Assembly: GCA_964524895.1 (NCBI GenBank) | Contig: CAZGFG010000005.1 | Coordinates: 5,976-69,975, forward strand | Direction: 5' to 3' | Source of the DNA: an uncultured Gammaproteobacteria bacterium | Lineage (GTDB): Bacteria > Patescibacteriota > Microgenomatia > Daviesbacterales > UBA10151 | DNA length: 64,000 bases | In this document: positions 60,501 through 64,000 of the stretch, piece after piece | Numbering within the stretch: the first letter of the stretch is position 1 | Layout: each line of letters begins with the position of its first letter | The notes under the pieces: generated by a model | The model's input: only the letters and a program-made list of their open reading frames with translations | Told to the model about the DNA's origin: nothing | Databases searched by the model: none | Program-made: the position numbers and the translations under genes

Positions 60501-60746
60501 ATGAAAGACTTACTGGAATACATTATCACAAATCTGGTATCCAAGCCCGATGCTGTGGAAATTAAAGAGAACCAAGAAGAGGGAACTGTTGAATTTGAGT
60601 TGAAGGTAGATCCGGAAGATATGGGACTGGTGATCGGCAAAAAAGGGCAAACAATCAGGGCTATCCGTAAATTGCTAACAGTCAGGGCTATAGCCGAAAA
60701 CGTCCGGGTAAACCTAAATCTGGTTGAAACGCAACAACTGGCATAA
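60501..60746 (+). CDS. khpA: KH-domain RNA-binding protein (KhpA/YlqC)
   Basis: MKDLLEYI, DMGLVIGKKGQTIRAIR. Confidence 0.9.
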   Translation: MKDLLEYIITNLVSKPDAVEIKENQEEGTVEFELKVDPEDMGLVIGKKGQTIRAIRKLLTVRAIAENVRVNLNLVETQQLA

Positions 60747-61442
60747 ATGGAGATTACTGTTATTACTCTTTTCCCCGAGGTTTTTGAACCTATTTTAAAC
60801 TCCAGTATTCTTAAGCGTGCCCAGAAAAAGAAACTGGTAAAATTCAAGCTAATTAACCTGCGGGACTTCGGCGTGGGAACTCACAAAACAGTCGATGATA
60901 AACCTTACGGAGGGGGAGTGGGTATGATCTTGAAAGCAGATGTGTTGGCTAAAGCTCTAAAGTCGGTAGCACGCCAGAAACCTTTTACAATTTTGATGTC
61001 GGCAGCCGGTACAACTTTTACTCAAAAAAAGGCTAAAGAACTCTCCGGTAAAAAGAATCTGGTTATAGTCTGTGGACACTACGAAGGGGTAGACCAAAGA
61101 TTTGCCGATAAGTACGCAAGGGAAGAAATTTCAATCGGAGAATATGTTCTAACAGGCGGGGAGGTGCCTGCTATGGCGGTAATAGATGCTATAACGAGGT
61201 TAATTCCAAAAGTCTTGGAAAAAAGTGAGGCAGTTGAGATAGAGTCTTTTAGTAACAATTTATTGGAATTTCCTCAATATACCAGGCCGGAAGTTTTTGA
61301 AGGGAAAAAAGTACCCAAAGTTTTATTATCCGGTAATCACAGTATGATAGCCAAATGGAGAAGGGAACAAGCGCTTAAGAGGACCAGGAAACTGCGCCCT
61401 GAACTACTCGAAGAGAAGCTCCGCTTACTCAAAAGGGTTTGA
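60747..61442 (+). CDS. trmD: tRNA (guanine37-N1)-methyltransferase
   Basis: VDDKPYGGG, CGHYEGVD, SIGEYVLTGGE, PQYTRP. Confidence 0.97.
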   Translation: MEITVITLFPEVFEPILNSSILKRAQKKKLVKFKLINLRDFGVGTHKTVDDKPYGGGVGMILKADVLAKALKSVARQKPFTILMSAAGTTFTQKKAKELSGKKNLVIVCGHYEGVDQRFADKYAREEISIGEYVLTGGEVPAMAVIDAITRLIPKVLEKSEAVEIESFSNNLLEFPQYTRPEVFEGKKVPKVLLSGNHSMIAKWRREQALKRTRKLRPELLEEKLRLLKRV

Positions 61443-62126
61443 TTTACCTCTCGGGCTTAAGGTAGTAGTCGTAGGAGGGGTAGCCTCAACGATACTGCTA
61501 AGTTTTATCAGTAAATCTTCATCTTGCTTGGAAAGTTGGGGTAGGGGGGCATCAATAGACCCTATTTTTGTGGGAATCATAGAGTAATAAACCTTAACTT
61601 GAATAACCGCATTGATGATATTGGGGTCTTTTCCCGAAGTAATCAGTATCGTATTTACCCTCATAACCCGAGAAGTATTTTCAATTCCCGCCAATAAATT
61701 ATTGAGTCCGGCTTTGGGGCCTATTACCTCTATAGCAATATTGTATGCAGAGCTTGCGCTAGCAGTTGCTTGTTCTTCGGAAGAAGTCAGATCCAAGGAA
61801 ACTAGATTAAAGCTGTTTTGGCTGGAGATTTGTTGAACCAAACCGATAACCTCACCAAAATCTTTGTCACCCGGTAAGGCTGCAAGGGCAAGGTTTAGCT
61901 TCTTGGATAAATCCGCTTCATTTACATTCTGCAATTCTGAAGCCTTGGCTTCCAGAAATTTAGACCGGCTAAGCAAAGCTCCTTGAGCATTATTGTTGCC
62001 TATCAACTTTACAATCTGCGGATAAATTACAAAAACTATTAAAATCAGGCTGGATACCCCTATTACTAAAGGGATAATATACAATTTATATTTACCATAT
62101 AATTGTTTCAGGTTTTCATTCATCAT
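61425..62126 (-). CDS. PilO-like type IV pilus assembly protein
   Basis: N-terminal TM, coiled coil, ALP; downstream of pilM/pilN. Confidence 0.7.
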   Translation of the reverse strand: MMNENLKQLYGKYKLYIIPLVIGVSSLILIVFVIYPQIVKLIGNNNAQGALLSRSKFLEAKASELQNVNEADLSKKLNLALAALPGDKDFGEVIGLVQQISSQNSFNLVSLDLTSSEEQATASASSAYNIAIEVIGPKAGLNNLLAGIENTSRVMRVNTILITSGKDPNIINAVIQVKVYYSMIPTKIGSIDAPLPQLSKQDEDLLIKLSSIVEATPPTTTTLSPRGKSNPFE

Positions 62127-62695
62127 GGCTCAAGAGTCTTGGATTCCACTTTTAGATTGGCCCGGTAAAAACCATCCCTAGATCTGTTTAAACTATCTAT
62201 AGAGACCTTATCTATAATATCCGAATCGGCCACCGCCGATTCCAATAAACCATTAATAAAGTTGTCCAAACTTGATGCATCCGCAGCTATCAGGGTGATT
62301 AAAACATTGCCAAAGCTGTTAATTTCTACAGTGGTAACACTGACCTGTGGTGGCAGGTTTTTGTTAACTAATTCGTAAACAGCCAGCTGTTTAGACTTTT
62401 CAGATGAAAATTCATTAATGACTTCCAATCTATTTTTTAAAATGAATAAAGTGGCCTCTTTGCTTTTTAGGTCCGAAACTCTGCCTTCTGCTTTATCTAA
62501 TTTTGCCTCAACTTGCTTAATATTTTGGCTTTGTAAAATACGCAGAGCAAACGTGAAAGATGCTAAAAAGGCTAAAGCCAACAGGGTGATCGTGCCAAAC
62601 TGCTGGACTTTGTATAATCTATCTACTTTGGCCTTCTGATTGGCATATTCAGCAGGCAAAAGATTTATAGACATGACCTGTCTTTGGCTACTCAT
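62123..62695 (-). CDS. pilN: PilN-like protein
   Basis: INLLP motif followed by TM and coiled coil. Confidence 0.8.
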   Translation of the reverse strand: MSSQRQVMSINLLPAEYANQKAKVDRLYKVQQFGTITLLALAFLASFTFALRILQSQNIKQVEAKLDKAEGRVSDLKSKEATLFILKNRLEVINEFSSEKSKQLAVYELVNKNLPPQVSVTTVEINSFGNVLITLIAADASSLDNFINGLLESAVADSDIIDKVSIDSLNRSRDGFYRANLKVESKTLEP

Positions 62696-63725
62696 TTCTT
62701 AAGGCTAAACCTACGGCCACAGAATAGGAAGGTGCATCTTGGGCTAACTTAACTGCCAATTGTTTATCTTTAGTAATAGAAAACCAGGGATCTGCTTCCT
62801 GAACTTCGAGTCCTAGGGAATTAGCAAAATAAATCACTATTCCGGGCATTTTAGCACCACCACCGCTTAACACTAACCTCTTGATCTGGTTACTGGGGTA
62901 TTTTGTTTGAAAAGCTTGGATTACTCTCCTGCTTTCGTTCACTATCACATCTATAATGGGTTTCAACTCTTCAAATACCTTTCCCTCGAGTTGATCTTCC
63001 AATAAACCATAAGTTTTTTTGTATTCTTCTGCCTGCATCATTTCAAAGTTGAATTGCTGGGCCACTGCCCGAGTTAAAGCTTGCCCGCCGGTCGTAATTG
63101 ATCGGGTCAACCATACCAATCCTTTGGAAACTACTGCCAAATCAGTAGCACTGGCACCTATTTGAACAATTAAGGTACTGGGGGAGATAACATTATTGCC
63201 AACTAAAGACCGGGTTGCAGCTATAACTTCCGTTTCCAAAGCTCTAGGTTGCAAACCGGCCATAGCTAAAACTTTTATATATTTACTGACTATATTTTTA
63301 GGGGTAGCAACCACAAATACCACTGTTCGGGCATTTTTATCTTTCGGGTCAGACCGGAATAAAGTTTGCCAGTTAAGATTTACTTCGTTTAAAGGTAAGG
63401 GGATAAACTCTTCTGCGGCATACCCAATTGCGGAAGAAAGCTCCTCATCGTTTAAATATGGGAGATCATCGATCACTCTGGTGAATACTTTAGACTCCGG
63501 TAAAGCTGTTACCACTTCCTTGCCTTCTATCCTGGTCGCTGCCAAAAGTTTTTTGATGGCAGTTGCGACTGTTTCTAAATCCAAGTCCGAATCAGAGATC
63601 ATTCCTGGGTGGGGGGCAGCAATGGAGCCCAGAGAAACTAGACGAGCTTGGTCTTTATCCAAAGCCAACTCAACGACTTTGATAGAGGAAAATCCGATAT
63701 CTAAACCAACATTAAATTTGGGCAT
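62688..63725 (-). CDS. pilM: Type IV pilus assembly ATPase-like PilM
   Basis: VGLDIGFSSIK, LSGGGA, AVGLALR; ATG 63725 has TACAAT 6 nt upstream. Confidence 0.92.
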   Translation of the reverse strand: MPKFNVGLDIGFSSIKVVELALDKDQARLVSLGSIAAPHPGMISDSDLDLETVATAIKKLLAATRIEGKEVVTALPESKVFTRVIDDLPYLNDEELSSAIGYAAEEFIPLPLNEVNLNWQTLFRSDPKDKNARTVVFVVATPKNIVSKYIKVLAMAGLQPRALETEVIAATRSLVGNNVISPSTLIVQIGASATDLAVVSKGLVWLTRSITTGGQALTRAVAQQFNFEMMQAEEYKKTYGLLEDQLEGKVFEELKPIIDVIVNESRRVIQAFQTKYPSNQIKRLVLSGGGAKMPGIVIYFANSLGLEVQEADPWFSITKDKQLAVKLAQDAPSYSVAVGLALRNE

Positions 63726-63789
63726 ACTTTTATTGTAATCACTGCCGCGCCCAATAATCAATGCCAATCAAAACTTGGGATTCTCCGAA

Positions 63790-64000
63790 TTATTTATTTA
63801 TATCCCCGACAGAAAAGATTGCGTAATCAAAATAGGGAGGAACTACTTTATCCAGCTTAAATACCTGTATCCGACGCCTGGTAGACCCGGACACACCGGT
63901 GGAAACAATTACTCGGGCTTGCGGAGGGAGTGAACAGGAAAACCCCTCGCAACCCCCCACGGGAGCAATAGCCAAAGGTTGACTGGTTATATTATAAAGA
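63790..64000 (-). CDS. C-terminus of a PilX/pilin-associated protein (partial)
   Basis: IVSTGVSGSTRRRIQV...PPYFDYAIFS; open frame from the window edge. Confidence 0.5.
   Translation of the reverse strand, partial: LYNITSQPLAIAPVGGCEGFSCSLPPQARVIVSTGVSGSTRRRIQVFKLDKVVPPYFDYAIFSVGDINK

Overview
Chromosomal segment from a small-genome bacterium that looks like Patescibacteria/CPR, probably Microgenomates. This is inferred from gene content: archaeal-type TyrRS, truncated ThrRS and PheT, GT-C membrane glycosyltransferases, pilMNO and F-type ATPase. The housekeeping backbone includes glmS, murT/gatD, thrS-infC-rpmI-rplT, pheST, a class A PBP, the atp operon, tyrS, recG, nusB, rnc, rpsP and trmD, plus 9 intact tRNAs. 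It is peppered with single-gene selfish or accessory cassettes and short palindromic repeats. Best leads: (1) an HTH + LAGLIDADG-like gene between a duplicated tRNA-Val 5' end and an intact tRNA-Val, with its stop codon in the anticodon loop, and an apparently emptied copy of the same architecture at tRNA-Gly; (2) a classic leader-peptide attenuator (YWFFF) controlling an uncharacterised ATP-grasp-like protein plus an M20 peptidase; (3) a PaaX/Cas2-like gene bounded by palindromes and direct repeats; (4) an ultrashort-stem-I T-box on thrS; (5) RAYT- and GIY-YIG-linked REP families, some inserted in frame into essential genes; (6) pervasive leaderless transcription signals. All assignments come from reading motifs by eye; no database searches were run.
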